64,000 bases of DNA from Malacoraja senta (lineage: Eukaryota): NCBI GenBank assembly GCA_038087875.1, contig CM075993.1, positions 744,001-808,000 on the forward strand. Direction: 5' to 3'. This document shows positions 63,245-64,000 of this stretch, piece by piece. The notes under the pieces are model-generated. The model did no database searches, was not told the origin of the DNA, and saw only the letters and a list, made by a program, of their open reading frames with translations. The position numbers were made by a program, and so were the translations under genes. Position 1 is the stretch's first letter. Each line of letters opens with the position of its first letter.

Positions 63245-63485
63245 GTTGAGTTATACAGCATGGAAAAAGGCCCTCTGGCCCAACATGTCCATGCCGATGT
63301 TGCCCCATCTAAGCTACTCCCATTCACCTGCATTTGGCCCATGTCTCTCTATATCTTTCCTATCTGAAGAAGGGTCTTGACCCGAAACGTCACACATTAA
63401 TTATCTCGAGAGAGATGACCCGCTGAGTTACTCCAGCAATGTGTGTCTATCCGAGTATCTGTTCAAATGTCTTTTAAATGTTGTC
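63245..63485. mobile_element. CR1 tail (minus) with nested pseudo-LTR (63362-63450, plus)
   Basis: acagcatggaaaaaggccct... tail interrupted by ctgaagaagggtcttgacccgaaacgtc. Confidence 0.72.
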
Positions 63486-63516
63486 TGTTCTCTTACATCT
63501 TATATATGTGGCTGGA

Positions 63517-63757
63517 GTGACCAGCAGGGGCAGAGCTGTGACCAGCAGGGGGAGTGACCAGCAGGGGCAGAGCTGTGACCAGCAGGGGGAGAGGGGAAGT
63601 GACCAGCAGGGGCAGAGCTGTGACCAGCAGGGGCAGAGCTGTGACCAGTAGGGGGCAGAGCTGTGACCAGCAGGGGGAGTGACCAGCAGGGAGATTGACC
63701 AGCAGGGGGAGTGACCAGCAGGGGCAGAGCTGTGACCAGCAGGGGGAGAGGAGAGTG
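63517..63757 (+). repeat. Minisatellite, 12 units of 16-24 bp with core TGACCAGCAGGGG(G)
   Basis: Read directly. Confidence 0.92.
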
Positions 63758-64000
63758 ATACTTTCTCCAGGTTTACAAACCCATTGTAATCTCCACTAAT
63801 GCCAGCCCTGCTCTCATTTGCATGGGTCTGTAATTCAATACCCTACAATTTCTGCCTCTCCAGCCACCCTCCCATCTACACCTGCCTTTGTTACAAAGCT
63901 TCCTGTTACTCCTCCTGCAGTGTGATACAGCTGTTCCTTTGATGCACCTTTAATGCTTTGTCAGAGTTGCTATAGAAATGCTTGCTGTTGTTGCAGAGCC

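Noticed and set aside
32063-63757. Tandem arrays at 32063, 47749, 57631 and 63517 as CRISPR arrays
   Set aside because: No unique spacers, no cas genes, and a clearly eukaryotic intron-exon context.
1-64000. tRNA, rRNA, snoRNA or miRNA genes
   Set aside because: None recognisable by eye; the hairpins seen are explained by PLE fold-backs. tRNAscan-SE or Infernal would be needed to exclude them.

Overview
AT-rich, repeat-dense vertebrate genomic DNA. The repeat families (CR1/HER1-type LINEs, HE1/V-SINE, DeuSINE, Penelope) point to a cartilaginous fish, probably a skate or ray (inference). Two protein-coding genes lie head-to-head. ARIH1 (or an ARIH1-like paralogue) has its first coding exon on the minus strand inside a CpG island (3916-4206). 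A CSPG4/NG2-family gene on the plus strand has five coding exons that splice in frame by eye: 13826-13919 (signal peptide, absent from the ORF track), 37263-37426, 42229-45774, 60044-60505 and 61537-61713; it continues past the window. The rest is mostly retroelement debris: GIY-YIG Penelope-like elements (PLEs), about 25 PLE pseudo-LTR copies, CR1 and Rex1/Babar LINE fragments, SINEs, an internally deleted Gypsy LTR element and a probable non-autonomous Helitron. The main finding is that the PLE pseudo-LTR repeat carries a minimal hammerhead ribozyme core in two subfamilies, often in fold-back insertions; one copy in the sense strand of CSPG4 intron 1 has a 24-bp stem I extension. Also notable: the CSPG4-like protein appears to lack the chondroitin sulfate attachment Ser-Gly, there is a tandem array of CTCF-like motifs, and AG|GT ratchet-like splice motifs repeat inside an intronic repeat. 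All calls were made by eye; repeat boundaries are approximate unless a TSD is quoted.
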